This document shows, piece after piece, positions 27,709 to 36,530 of a stretch of DNA of 64,000 nucleotides. Source of the DNA: an uncultured Syntrophaceae bacterium (GTDB lineage: Bacteria; Desulfobacterota; Syntrophia; Syntrophales; UBA2185); NCBI GenBank assembly GCA_964541605.1, contig CAZIQY010000005.1, forward strand, positions 1,220 to 65,219, in the 5' to 3' direction. The translations under genes and the position numbers were made by a program. Within the stretch, counting starts at the first letter, position 1, and every line of letters begins with the position of its first letter. Below the pieces are notes generated by a model. The model saw only the letters and a list, made by a program, of their open reading frames with translations, was not told where the DNA came from and did not search any database.

Positions 27709-28506
27709 ATGGATTGGGGAATGAAAAACCGTATGTCACAGTTGATTCAGCCGGACGGCCGCTGTTTTTTCCTGCCCATCGACCATGGCTATTTTCAGGG
27801 GCCGACGTCCTGTCTGGAGAAACCGGGGGAAACCATCAAACCCCTTCTTCCCTATTGTGACGCCATTTTTGTGACCAGAGGGGTGTTGCGTTCCGCCGTG
27901 GATCCGCAAAACACCAAGCCCATCATTCTCAGGGTGTCAGGCGGCGCCAGCGTGATCGGCAAGGACCTCGCCAATGAGCGTATCACCACATCTATTGAGG
28001 AGATAATCCGTCTTAATGCCAGTGCTGTAGGGATATCCATTTTTGTGGGCAGTGACTACGAACAGGAGTCTCTGACAAATCTCTCGGACCTGGTCAATCA
28101 ATGCGAGGATTATGGAATTCCGGTCATGGCGGTCACGGCGGTTGGCAAGGAACTGGAAAAACGTGATGCCAGATACCTGGGGCTCTCCTGCCGCATTGCC
28201 GCCGAACTGGGAGCACGGGTCGTCAAGACATACTGGTGTCAGGACTTCGACAGGGTTGTTTGCGGCTGCCCCGTACCGGTGGTCATGGCGGGCGGACCGA
28301 AGTGCGAGACGGAACTTGAGGTCATGGAATTTGTCTATGACGGGATACAAAGGGGCGCCATCGGTGTCAATCTTGGCAGAAATATCTGGCAGAATCCGCA
28401 TCCCGTTGCCATGATCAGGGCGTTGCGTGCGGTCATTCATGAAAATTATACGGCAAAGGACGCCTATGACCTCTTCAACAGTCTGAAAAATAAAACAGCA
28501 GGGTAG
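27709..28506 (+). CDS. Class I aldolase of the DhnA/LsrF/ADH-synthase (DeoC/LacD) family
   Basis: GRCFFLPIDHGYFQGP ... ILRVSGG ... GARVVKTYW ... PVVMAGGPK is the family pattern. The substrate cannot be determined from the sequence. Confidence 0.75.
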   Translation: MDWGMKNRMSQLIQPDGRCFFLPIDHGYFQGPTSCLEKPGETIKPLLPYCDAIFVTRGVLRSAVDPQNTKPIILRVSGGASVIGKDLANERITTSIEEIIRLNASAVGISIFVGSDYEQESLTNLSDLVNQCEDYGIPVMAVTAVGKELEKRDARYLGLSCRIAAELGARVVKTYWCQDFDRVVCGCPVPVVMAGGPKCETELEVMEFVYDGIQRGAIGVNLGRNIWQNPHPVAMIRALRAVIHENYTAKDAYDLFNSLKNKTAG

Positions 28507-28512
28507 AAAACC

Positions 28513-29544
28513 ATGCGCGTAGCCATGTACTACAATAACAGGGATGTCCGACTGGAGGAGATGCCGAAACCAAGGATCGGTCCGGGCGAAATTCTCGTCA
28601 GGGTGATGGCAAGCGGCATCTGCGGAAGCGATGTCATGGAATGGTATCGCATCAGAAAGGCCCCTCTGGTTCTCGGACATGAGATTGCGGGAGAAATTGC
28701 CGATGTGGGAGAGGGTGTGACGCGATACCGCGTCGGCGACAGGGTCTTCGTTTCCCATCACATTCCCTGTAACACGTGCCACTACTGTCTGAGGGGTTAT
28801 CATACGGCCTGCGAGACATTGCATACGACGAATTACGATCCCGGCGGTTTTGCCGAATATGTCCGGATACCGCGGCTCAACGTGGACAGGGGGGTCTTCC
28901 TGTTGCCGGAAGAGCTTTCCTTTGAAGACGGCGTCTTTATCGAACCCCTCGCCTGCGTCGTTCGCGGACAACGGGTGGTGAATCTTCAACCCGGTCAATC
29001 CGTTCTCATTCTCGGCAGCGGTATTTCCGGATTGCTCCATCTGCTTCTGGCTCGAAGCCTCGGGGCAGGACGGATCATTGCCACGGATGTCAGTGAATAC
29101 CGGATGCAAATGGCGAGGCAATTGGGCGCGGATGCGGTAATCCATGCCAGCGAAGACATTCCCGATCGTATGCGGCAGGTCAATGATGGAAAACTTGCCG
29201 ATCTTGTCATTGTCTGTGCCGGGGCGCCGGCGGCGTTTGGCCAGGCTATGAAATCCGTGGATCGCGGCGGCACGGTTCTGTGTTTTGCCACGACGGAGCC
29301 GGGCGTTGATCTGGCCGTTCCGATCAATGAATTCTGGCGTAATGAAATCAAGCTGATGCCGTCATACGGAAACAGTCCGCTGGATGCCGTAACGGCCATA
29401 GAACTGATTCGATCCCGCCGTGTACCCGTGGAAAAAATGGTTACACACCGCTTGCCTCTGAGTGAGACAGGTTTCGGGTTTCAGCTTGTTGCAGAAGGCG
29501 GGGAATCCATGAAGGTAATCATCAAACCTCATGAAGGTGTTTGA
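28513..29544 (+). CDS. Zinc-dependent medium-chain alcohol/polyol dehydrogenase
   Basis: It has GICGSDVMEW and GHEIAGEI (catalytic Zn), CNTCHYCLRGYHTAC (structural Zn) and LILGSGISGL (NAD fold). Confidence 0.9.
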   Translation: MRVAMYYNNRDVRLEEMPKPRIGPGEILVRVMASGICGSDVMEWYRIRKAPLVLGHEIAGEIADVGEGVTRYRVGDRVFVSHHIPCNTCHYCLRGYHTACETLHTTNYDPGGFAEYVRIPRLNVDRGVFLLPEELSFEDGVFIEPLACVVRGQRVVNLQPGQSVLILGSGISGLLHLLLARSLGAGRIIATDVSEYRMQMARQLGADAVIHASEDIPDRMRQVNDGKLADLVIVCAGAPAAFGQAMKSVDRGGTVLCFATTEPGVDLAVPINEFWRNEIKLMPSYGNSPLDAVTAIELIRSRRVPVEKMVTHRLPLSETGFGFQLVAEGGESMKVIIKPHEGV

Positions 29545-29555
29545 ATTCTTCCCTG

Positions 29556-30011
29556 TCAGTAGATGCCGAGCTGACAGCCGGCTGCCAGGGTGCTTCCCAG
29601 TTCACGGCATTTTTCAAGGTCCGCTTCTGTCGGATTTCCCCGGGAGATGACGGGGTGACATACGATTTTAAACTTGTAGCCCTGGGCAATCCGTTCGATC
29701 GCTCTCAGGGCGCCGGTGCCGTCATTGCCGGCGCTGATAAAGATAACGCAAGGTTTTCTGAAAACTTTATCTTGGGCGGGATAAAACGTCCTGTCAAAGA
29801 AATCCTTGATCATGCCGGACATATAGCCGAAGTTTTCCGGCGTACCGATCGCCAGTCCGTCGGATCCTAAAAGATCTTCGACAGTGGCATCCCGTGCTCT
29901 TTTCAGAACGACGTCCGTCTTTTCGATGTTCCCTGCGCCATCGGCGACAGCCAAGGCCATCTTTTCCGTGTTTCCGGTCTGGGAATGATAGATGATAAGG
30001 ATTCTGGACAT
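29556..30011 (-). CDS. Flavodoxin-like FMN protein (WrbA/NADPH-FMN reductase-type)
   Basis: ILIIYHSQTGNTEKMA is the FMN phosphate loop. It is 151 aa. Confidence 0.8.
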   Translation of the reverse strand: MSRILIIYHSQTGNTEKMALAVADGAGNIEKTDVVLKRARDATVEDLLGSDGLAIGTPENFGYMSGMIKDFFDRTFYPAQDKVFRKPCVIFISAGNDGTGALRAIERIAQGYKFKIVCHPVISRGNPTEADLEKCRELGSTLAAGCQLGIY

Positions 30012-30113
30012 AACGTCTTTGTAAATATTTTATTCGTACTACTTGACAATATATTCCATTCTATTAGAATTATAAACAAAAGACAATACATCAATTAAAA
30101 TGGAGGGAGAGAT

Positions 30114-30278
30114 ATGCCGACATATGAATATCGTTGTGATGGATGCAAGCATAAGTTTTCAGTAATACAGAGTCTCCGTGAACATGAGAAGACCAAGGTG
30201 ACTTGCCCGAAATGTAAAAGCAGAAAGGTTAAGCAACAAATCTCGATCTTTACGGCGAAGACCAGCAGAAAAAGTTAA
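30114..30278 (+). CDS. FmdB-family zinc-ribbon protein (54 aa; below the ORF-track size cutoff)
   Basis: My translation is MPTYEYRCDGCKHKFSVIQSLREHEKTKVTCPKCKSRKVKQQISIFTAKTSRKS. It has the signature MPxYEYxCxxC...CPxC and a GGAGGGAGAG RBS. Confidence 0.8.
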   Translation: MPTYEYRCDGCKHKFSVIQSLREHEKTKVTCPKCKSRKVKQQISIFTAKTSRKS

Positions 30279-30382
30279 GGAATCAAAGCGGTCAGAGGAT
30301 GTGGCAAACTGTTCTGACGGGGCTTGCTTCCTGCGGGCAGTGCTTCGTGTGTTCAGATCCTGCATTCTAACAGTTCGTTTGT

Positions 30383-30841
30383 ATGGGGGAAGAGGTAATG
30401 ATGGGGAAAATTTCTGTTTTTTTATCCTGTATCGGCATGCTCATATTGTTCGGTCATAGTGATTGTGCCGCGTTCAGATGCGGTGATGGATTTGTCAGCG
30501 AAGGCGCCTCAAAAACCAAGGTGATTCTGGAATGCGGTCAACCCACTTCGAAAGAAAAGGTCGGTGTCAAAAAGGAAACAAGTGAAGCAACCACAAAGGG
30601 GAAAAAAGGCGATAAAAAAGCAAAGCGACAGAAAAAAGATAAGAAGTACAGCAAGGACAGTCGTCCCGCTGTTCGGGGAGAATATGACAAGGTGTCAAAA
30701 AAACGGATTGAAAAATGGTATTACAACTGCGGCGATAATGACTTCATCTACGTTCTTACTTTCGAGGGTGGTGTATTAAAGAAAGAAGAGACGGAGGGCT
30801 ACGGCAAGGGAAAGTCTGATTGTAAGGGCAAAGGTCATTAG
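30383..30841 (+). CDS. DUF2845-like secreted protein with a lysine-rich insert
   Basis: It has a signal peptide. The framework CGDGFVSEGASKTKVILECGQP ... EKWYYNCGDNDFIYVLTFEGGVLK is DUF2845-like, and the central insert is KKGDKKAKRQKKDKK. Confidence 0.7.
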   Translation: MGEEVMMGKISVFLSCIGMLILFGHSDCAAFRCGDGFVSEGASKTKVILECGQPTSKEKVGVKKETSEATTKGKKGDKKAKRQKKDKKYSKDSRPAVRGEYDKVSKKRIEKWYYNCGDNDFIYVLTFEGGVLKKEETEGYGKGKSDCKGKGH

Positions 30842-31058
30842 TATAGGAAAGCCCCCGCCCCTGCGGTTGGAAAACGTCACCAGGGAATCATCATAGGGAA
30901 TAATTCCCCAAAGGGAGGGGAATACTTCCTCAGAAAAGGCGGATATTTTTGCCCTGTCTCCGCGATAACTTATTATTATTACATGAGATTTTAATTTTCA
31001 TTGTCCTGGTATAGTCCTTGCTAAATTATAGGAAAACTGATCGGAAGGAGGTGATACA

Positions 31059-31283
31059 ATGAAAAAGCTGATGTCAATTATCGTTTCTATCCTTTTTGCA
31101 CTTTCGCTGACAGGCCTCTGCTTCGCTCAGGCTCCGGCCCCCAAGGCTGCTGAACCCGAGAAGAAGGCAGAAGAGAAGAAGGCGCCAGAGAAGAAGAAGA
31201 AAGCAAAGAAGGCAAAGAAGGCAAAGAAAGAGAAGGCAGAGAAGAAGGCTGAGGAACCAGCGAAGGCTCCCGAAAAGAAATAA
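31059..31283 (+). CDS. Small secreted Lys/Ala/Glu-rich protein (74 aa)
   Basis: It has a strong RBS (GGAAGGAGGTG) and the signal peptide MKKLMSIIVSILFALSLTGLCFAQA, followed by AEPEKKAEEKKAPEKKKKAKKAKKAKKEKAEKKAEE. A terminator follows. Confidence 0.65.
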   Translation: MKKLMSIIVSILFALSLTGLCFAQAPAPKAAEPEKKAEEKKAPEKKKKAKKAKKAKKEKAEKKAEEPAKAPEKK

Positions 31284-31319
31284 GTGGCTTACTCTTTGTC
31301 CGCGTAAAAGAAATTATGT

Positions 31320-31353
31320 AAAAGGGGCTCCGAGATATCGGGAGCCCCTTTTA
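31320..31353. terminator. Bidirectional rho-independent terminator
   Basis: The sequence is aaaa-GGGGCTCC-gagatatcg-GGAGCCCC-tttt, lying between two convergent genes (31059-31283 on the plus strand, 31356-31946 on the minus strand). Confidence 0.8.
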
Positions 31354-31355
31354 AT

Positions 31356-31946
31356 TTATACAATATCGTCATCGTCCCCGACGAACTGTGGCAGCGCGTA
31401 TAAATCCAGTTCTTTTGCCGCTTCAATGCCGGCCCGTAGCGCCTTCAGGTTGAGCTCCTGTGTGCCTTCGGGAACCCGACCCATCAGTGCCGATTCCAGA
31501 CCTTCCATAGATACCGCCTTGCATAGATAACCGAAAGCTCCCAGGGCCACCATGTTGGATGCCATCTCTCTGCCGATTATCTGTCGTGCGATCTGGGTGA
31601 AAGGAATAGCGGCCACTCTGCCTGTCGGCACCTCCCTCACCAGGGTATTGTCGACAACCAGCAAGCCTGCGGGTTTCAGGTCCAGAAAATAAGTGTCGCA
31701 TGATGCCTGGTTCATGGCCAGAAGAAGAGATGGCCTTGAAGCTTTTGGATAATCAATTTCCATGCTGCTGATGACAACATCCGCCTTGCATGTTCCTCCC
31801 CTGGCTTCCGGTCCGTAACTCTGGGTCTGACATACATGTTTTCCGTCATAAACTCCGGCCGCTTCAGCCAGAACGATAGCGGCCATGATAATCCCCTGGC
31901 CGCCTGATCCACAGAACCGAATTTCCTGACGATATTCCTTTTCCAT
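31356..31946 (-). CDS. 2-oxoacid:ferredoxin oxidoreductase, gamma subunit (copy 1)
   Basis: It has GSGGQGIIMAAIVLAEAA and SYGPEARGG motifs. It is the last gene of a delta-alpha-beta-gamma operon. Confidence 0.9.
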   Translation of the reverse strand: MEKEYRQEIRFCGSGGQGIIMAAIVLAEAAGVYDGKHVCQTQSYGPEARGGTCKADVVISSMEIDYPKASRPSLLLAMNQASCDTYFLDLKPAGLLVVDNTLVREVPTGRVAAIPFTQIARQIIGREMASNMVALGAFGYLCKAVSMEGLESALMGRVPEGTQELNLKALRAGIEAAKELDLYALPQFVGDDDDIV

Positions 31947-32018
31947 CCTCTATCCTTTTTCCCCTGCCTTTTGACGGTTTGGTAAATTGAAGATTTCATT
32001 TCGACCATGACATAAATA

Positions 32019-32879
32019 TCATAATCGCGGTTGTGGTTTTATGCCTTTGCACATTTGTTGATATTTTTCCAGGTAAGACGGTTTATCGAGATCCGTCAGT
32101 ACACCGATGCTGAACCTCCCTTTCAGGTCTTCGGGCGGCAATTTTGTAAACTTTTCAGAAGGGACGGCGGACTCTTTTAACCATTTCATCATCTTTACCG
32201 GGCTTCCCATCATGTTTCGTCGTCCGAATTGAACGTGGCAGTTTGAGAGAACTTCAATGACGCTGAATCCCTTTTTTAATATGGCCTTACCGATCATCTG
32301 GTCGAGAAGCTGCGTATGATAGACCGTGCCGCGTCCGACAAACGACGCCCCGGCAACCGCACCCAGTTCTGCAATATTGAACGCATTTTCAATCTGCCCG
32401 TATGGCGTGGTCGCTGTGATACATCCGGGCGGTGTTGTCGGCGAATGCTGTCCCCCTGTCATGCCGTAAACCAAATTATTGATGATGATAGCCGTCAGGT
32501 CCATATTTCGCCGGGCGGAATGAATAAAATGGTTGCCGCCGATGGCTGTGGCATCCCCATCGCCCATGATCACAATGACGTGAAGCGACGGTTTTGCCAG
32601 TTTAATTCCTGTCGCAAACGTCAGGGCCCGTCCGTGGGTCGTATGCAGGGTGTTGAAGTCTGCATATACGGTCATACGCCCTGAACATCCTATGCCGGAA
32701 ACCAATACCACATCATCCTTTTTCAACCCGGACCGGTCAATGGCTCGAATCAGAGCGCCCAGTACGATTCCATTGCCACAACCGGGGCACCATATGTGGG
32801 GAAATTTCTTGTCATGACGCAGATATTTATGGATCAATCTGGTGATTTCTTCAGCCATTTCTTCTTTTCTCGCGTTCAC
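32019..32879 (-). CDS. 2-oxoacid:ferredoxin oxidoreductase, beta (TPP-binding) subunit (copy 1)
   Basis: It has HIWCPGCGNGIV and GDGDATAIGGNHFIHSARRN motifs. Confidence 0.9.
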   Translation of the reverse strand: MNARKEEMAEEITRLIHKYLRHDKKFPHIWCPGCGNGIVLGALIRAIDRSGLKKDDVVLVSGIGCSGRMTVYADFNTLHTTHGRALTFATGIKLAKPSLHVIVIMGDGDATAIGGNHFIHSARRNMDLTAIIINNLVYGMTGGQHSPTTPPGCITATTPYGQIENAFNIAELGAVAGASFVGRGTVYHTQLLDQMIGKAILKKGFSVIEVLSNCHVQFGRRNMMGSPVKMMKWLKESAVPSEKFTKLPPEDLKGRFSIGVLTDLDKPSYLEKYQQMCKGIKPQPRL

Positions 32880-34021
32880 ATTTTTATAAGACGCCCATAA
32901 ATTTCTTCGGGCGTAATCAACTGACCATCCATGCGGTTGAGTTTATCCACACGTGAATCCGTCTGGTTGACCCGCTTCACCTCCCGGCTGATCTGTCCCA
33001 TGTTCATTTCCGGTATCAGTACCGCCCGGCACTGCCTGAGCACATCTTCTACGAAACGCCGGGGGAAGGGGAAAATGGTGATCAATTGTAAAAGTCCCGC
33101 ATTGATACCCAATTGACGGGCCTCGATCACGGCCTGGCGGGCAGAACGGGCCACAGAACCATAGGCGATCACGGCCACTTCCGCATCGTCCATCATAAAG
33201 GGTTTAACCTTCTGAATTTCATGAAAACCCTGGGTTATCTTGCGAAACAGGCGATTCATCAATGCCGTTACCTCGTCGGGTCTCTGGGTCGGGAAACCAC
33301 GGACATCATGAGCAAGACCCGTTACGTGGTAAGGATAGCCCTCTCCGAAGGCCGCCATGGGCGGCACCCCCATGATGTTGTCCTCGTAAGGGATATACCA
33401 TTCGGGCGGCATTGCGGGTTTAATCCGGTTTACCATGTCGACTTCTCCGGCTGTCGGCAGCGTGACCGTTTCCCGGGTATGGGCAACCACCTCGTCGGAC
33501 AGGATGATGACAGGTACCCGGTATTTTTCAGAGAGCTTGAACGCCAGGACGGTTATTTCAAAACAGTCCCGAACCGTCGAGACGGCGAGGACGATAATGG
33601 GATGGTCGCCATGCGTTCCCCAGCGGGCCTGCAATACATCCCCCTGGGAAGGGTGCGTGGGAAGGCCGGTGCTCGGGCCTCCTCTCATGACATTGACAAC
33701 AACGCAGGGGACTTCGGCCATGCAGGCGAACCCGATGTTTTCAGACATGAGGGAAAACCCCGGTCCGCTTGTTGCCGTCATGCTCTTGACACCGGCAAGG
33801 GAAGCGCCGATGACCGCTCCCATGCTGGCAATTTCATCTTCCATCTGAATAAAGACGCCGCCGACCTGGGGCATGCGACTGGAGGCTTTTTCACTGATTT
33901 CCGAAGCTGGGGTAATAGGGTAACCGGCAAAAAAACGGCATCCGGCGGCGATCGCGCCTTCGACTATCGCTTCGTTGCCCTGCATGAGGAGGACTCTTTT
34001 CTTTGGTTTCATGCCGGTCAT
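32876..34021 (-). CDS. 2-oxoacid:ferredoxin oxidoreductase, alpha subunit (copy 1)
   Basis: It has GNEAIVEGAIAAGCRFFAGYPITPASEI and MEDEIASMGAVIGASLAG motifs. Confidence 0.9.
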   Translation of the reverse strand: MTGMKPKKRVLLMQGNEAIVEGAIAAGCRFFAGYPITPASEISEKASSRMPQVGGVFIQMEDEIASMGAVIGASLAGVKSMTATSGPGFSLMSENIGFACMAEVPCVVVNVMRGGPSTGLPTHPSQGDVLQARWGTHGDHPIIVLAVSTVRDCFEITVLAFKLSEKYRVPVIILSDEVVAHTRETVTLPTAGEVDMVNRIKPAMPPEWYIPYEDNIMGVPPMAAFGEGYPYHVTGLAHDVRGFPTQRPDEVTALMNRLFRKITQGFHEIQKVKPFMMDDAEVAVIAYGSVARSARQAVIEARQLGINAGLLQLITIFPFPRRFVEDVLRQCRAVLIPEMNMGQISREVKRVNQTDSRVDKLNRMDGQLITPEEIYGRLIKM

Positions 34022-34338
34022 GACGAATTTTCCTTCTTTCCCTGATTGCGCTCTTTAACCGCAATGGCAAAATCCGGGCAGTGCAGTTCACAGAAGCGGC
34101 ATCCGACGCATTCATCGGGATGTTCTATGACAGGGGCGCCCATATCATTCAAACCGATCACTTTTTTGGGGCAGAAGGCGCTGCAAATGCCGCAGGATTT
34201 GCACCACGCAGGAATGATCACGGGGGTATATGATTTTTTTCGTTTCGTGGCGTCTTTCTCTGTGGGACTTTTGGGCTTTGCTGTCATTTCAATTTTATTA
34301 TTCCCAGCGTGTTCAGCCATGCACACAGCTGCAAGCAT
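34018..34338 (-). CDS. 2-oxoacid:ferredoxin oxidoreductase, delta (2x[4Fe-4S] ferredoxin) subunit (copy 1)
   Basis: It has CKSCGICSAFCP and CVGCRFCELHCP motifs. The true start may be an internal Met. Confidence 0.8.
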   Translation of the reverse strand: MLAAVCMAEHAGNNKIEMTAKPKSPTEKDATKRKKSYTPVIIPAWCKSCGICSAFCPKKVIGLNDMGAPVIEHPDECVGCRFCELHCPDFAIAVKERNQGKKENSS

Positions 34339-34506
34339 TTTTTTACGTATCCATCATCATTGGCCGGTAAAGATCACAAAAAGCGTCATTCGGCCCGGAA
34401 AATGTTAAAAAAAAAGCAGGGATCTCGAGACCTGACCGGTCTTAAATATGCGGCGTCATTAGCATGACAGGGGATTTCAAGTCAAGGGGGATTTTATAAA
34501 AGACTG

Positions 34507-34558
34507 TTGACAGCCGAGGCAGATTTTGTTATAAGAAACATCGTTTCGCAATACGAAA
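34507..34558 (+). promoter_or_regulatory. Candidate promoter plus palindromic operator upstream of the IclR gene
   Basis: TTGACA (34507-12), 17 nt, then TATAAG (34530-35). Immediately downstream is the inverted repeat TTTCG-caata-CGAAA (34544-34558) and a further CGAA..TTCG repeat. Confidence 0.45.
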
Positions 34559-34648
34559 TTCAATATTCGCATCCTGAACGCAACACCCTGTCGTCCAAAT
34601 CATGGACAAGAGCTTCTTTCAATCACGATATATGAGGATAAAGTTCCC

Positions 34649-35470
34649 ATGAATCCGAAAACTTTACATCCTAAACCGAACAATCTTGTCCAAACGGTTG
34701 AAAGGGTGTCTTTGATTCTTGATATGGTGGGGCAATACCACCATGGGGTAAGCATCAAAGATTTATCTGTGGGACTTAGTCTTCCCAAAGGTACCGTTCA
34801 TCGTATTCTCTCTTCTCTTTTATATTTTGGTTATGTACGTCAGGATTTAGAGACAAAAAACTACTTCCTGGGGTTAAAGTTAATGGAACTGGGAGCTCTT
34901 CTTGCCAATCAACTTGACCTCCGTAAGGTTTCAAGACCGGCTCTCAGGAATCTTGTAGAGAGAACAAGGGAAACGGCGCACATGGTCATCCTTGACAGGA
35001 ACGAGGTTGTTTATATCGATAAAGTGGAAAGCCAATTTGAAACAGGCGGTCTAAAGATGGCTTCGAGAGTGGGCTCGAGAAATCCGATGCACAGTTGTGC
35101 CGTTGGAAAGGTCATGCTTTCCAATTTTTCAAAAGAGGAAATGGATGAATTTCTGACAGAAAGAAACTTGCCACAAAGAACACCGAATACGATCACCGAT
35201 CCTGTCCGTTTGAAAGAACATCTGCAAGTGGTTAAAAGTCAGGGGTATGCTATTGATGATGAAGAAAATGAAAGAGGAATTCGCTGCGTTGCGGCCCCCG
35301 TTTTTAACGAAAAAGGCGTTGTATTGGCTGCAATCAGTATTTCCGGTCCCGCCTTCCGGGTTACAAAAAAGGCAATCCAGGATATTTTGAAGAAAGAAGT
35401 CATGAAGGCGGCTTCCGATATTTCACAACGATTAGGCTTCAAGGAGGAAACGGGATGTGAACCGAGATGA
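34649..35470 (+). CDS. IclR family transcriptional regulator
   Basis: It has an N-terminal wHTH (VERVSLILDMVGQYHHGVSIKDLSVGLSLPKGTVHRILSSL) and a C-terminal IclR effector domain (..YAIDDEENERGIRCVAAPVF..AISISGP). Confidence 0.9.
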   Translation: MNPKTLHPKPNNLVQTVERVSLILDMVGQYHHGVSIKDLSVGLSLPKGTVHRILSSLLYFGYVRQDLETKNYFLGLKLMELGALLANQLDLRKVSRPALRNLVERTRETAHMVILDRNEVVYIDKVESQFETGGLKMASRVGSRNPMHSCAVGKVMLSNFSKEEMDEFLTERNLPQRTPNTITDPVRLKEHLQVVKSQGYAIDDEENERGIRCVAAPVFNEKGVVLAAISISGPAFRVTKKAIQDILKKEVMKAASDISQRLGFKEETGCEPR

Positions 35471-35813
35471 GATGATCGGAGGGGTTATCATCTTCCTGTT
35501 TGGAGGGATTACCGCTATCCTATCTTTGAAGATGCCGCTCGGTACATTTCGCATGGCGGGTCCGGGATTATTCCCTCTGTGTTTGGGCATAATTCTCATG
35601 ATCTTATCCGTAATGTTCTTGATTAACATTAAATACGGTAAAAAGTCGACCACAGAGGATTTGGAAGACGTGGTTCAGACTCCCCGTTCTACCAAGCAAA
35701 TGTTGCTATTCCTGGGAGCAACCACGCTCGCGGTCGCTGGTTTTAACACATTGGGCTTCCCGCTTACGTCTTTCCTTCTCATGGCGCTTTCGGCGTCGGC
35801 TTTGTGGGAGTGA
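35457..35813 (+). pseudogene. Truncated tctB-like gene (small subunit of a tripartite tricarboxylate transporter), C-terminus missing
   Basis: It has the TctB-like TM pattern (IGGVIIFLFGGITAILSL, LFPLCLGIILMILSVMFL, LLFLGATTLAVAGFNTLGF) but ends inside the fourth helix. No tctA or tctC gene follows. Confidence 0.5.
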
Positions 35814-36514
35814 AGAACAGCAGCCATTTTGGCATTGCGGGATATACTGCGATGCAGGCGGTGAAAAAGAATATGATAGGCATTGCGATCAGCCATACCG
35901 ATGCATCCGTGATCCCCTTCGGGGGAAAGATGCCTGCCGTGGGAACCAATCCCCTTGCCGTGGCCGTTCCCACAAATAAAGATTATCCGGTATTGTTGGA
36001 TATGGCAACGAGCACAGCCTCTCTCGGGAAAATATTAAATGCAAAAAACAAGGGTGAAAAAATTCCGCCGGATTGGGCGGTTGACGAAGAGGGCATTCCG
36101 ACCAGCGATCCTGTAAAAGTAAAATACCTGATGCCGATGGCCGGTCCGAAAGGTTATGGTCTGGCATTGATATTTGATATCCTGTCAGGCCCGCTTACGG
36201 GAGCACTCTTTGGAAAGAAATTGCCGTTGATGTACGGCGATTATGATAAACACCGCGAACTGGGGCACTTCATCGGCGCCATTAAAATCGATAACTTCAT
36301 CCCGATTGAGGAATTCAAGCGGAATGTCGGCATCATGATTGATGATATTCACGATACGCCCCCTGCAAAAGGATTTGATCGCGTCATGGTGCCGGGAGAA
36401 AAAGAGTATCTGACGCTGCTGAAATACGAAAAAGAAGGTATCCCGATTCCCTCCGAGACCATAAAAGAACTGCAAGCCGTCGCTAAAGAACTGAATGTGG
36501 CGTTTACATTATAA
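35747..36514 (+). pseudogene. 5'-truncated Ldh_2 family (malate/L-lactate/ureidoglycolate dehydrogenase type 2) gene
   Basis: The open frame begins only 19 codons before (G)VKNSSHFGIAGYTAMQAVKKNMIGIAISHTDASVIPFGGKMPAVGTNPLAVAVP. In full-length family members this block sits roughly 110 residues from the N-terminus (from memory). The track ORF 35804-36514 uses a GTG start. Confidence 0.55.
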
Positions 36515-36530
36515 TGTTTCAGATGGATTC

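Noticed and set aside
27937-29145. 402-aa ORF spanning the aldolase/ADH junction on the minus strand
   Set aside because: It crosses an intergenic boundary antisense to two clearly conserved genes and has no family resemblance.
33113-34045. 310-aa plus-strand ORF inside korA1. The same applies to 4405-5316, 7509-8204, 8360-9151, 19257-20051, 20061-20837, 36495-37280, 45043-45747, 46692-47534, 47568-48299, 58265-58918 and 60051-60929.
   Set aside because: All are antisense or out-of-frame to genes with strong family signatures. They are long only because of GC-rich codon bias.
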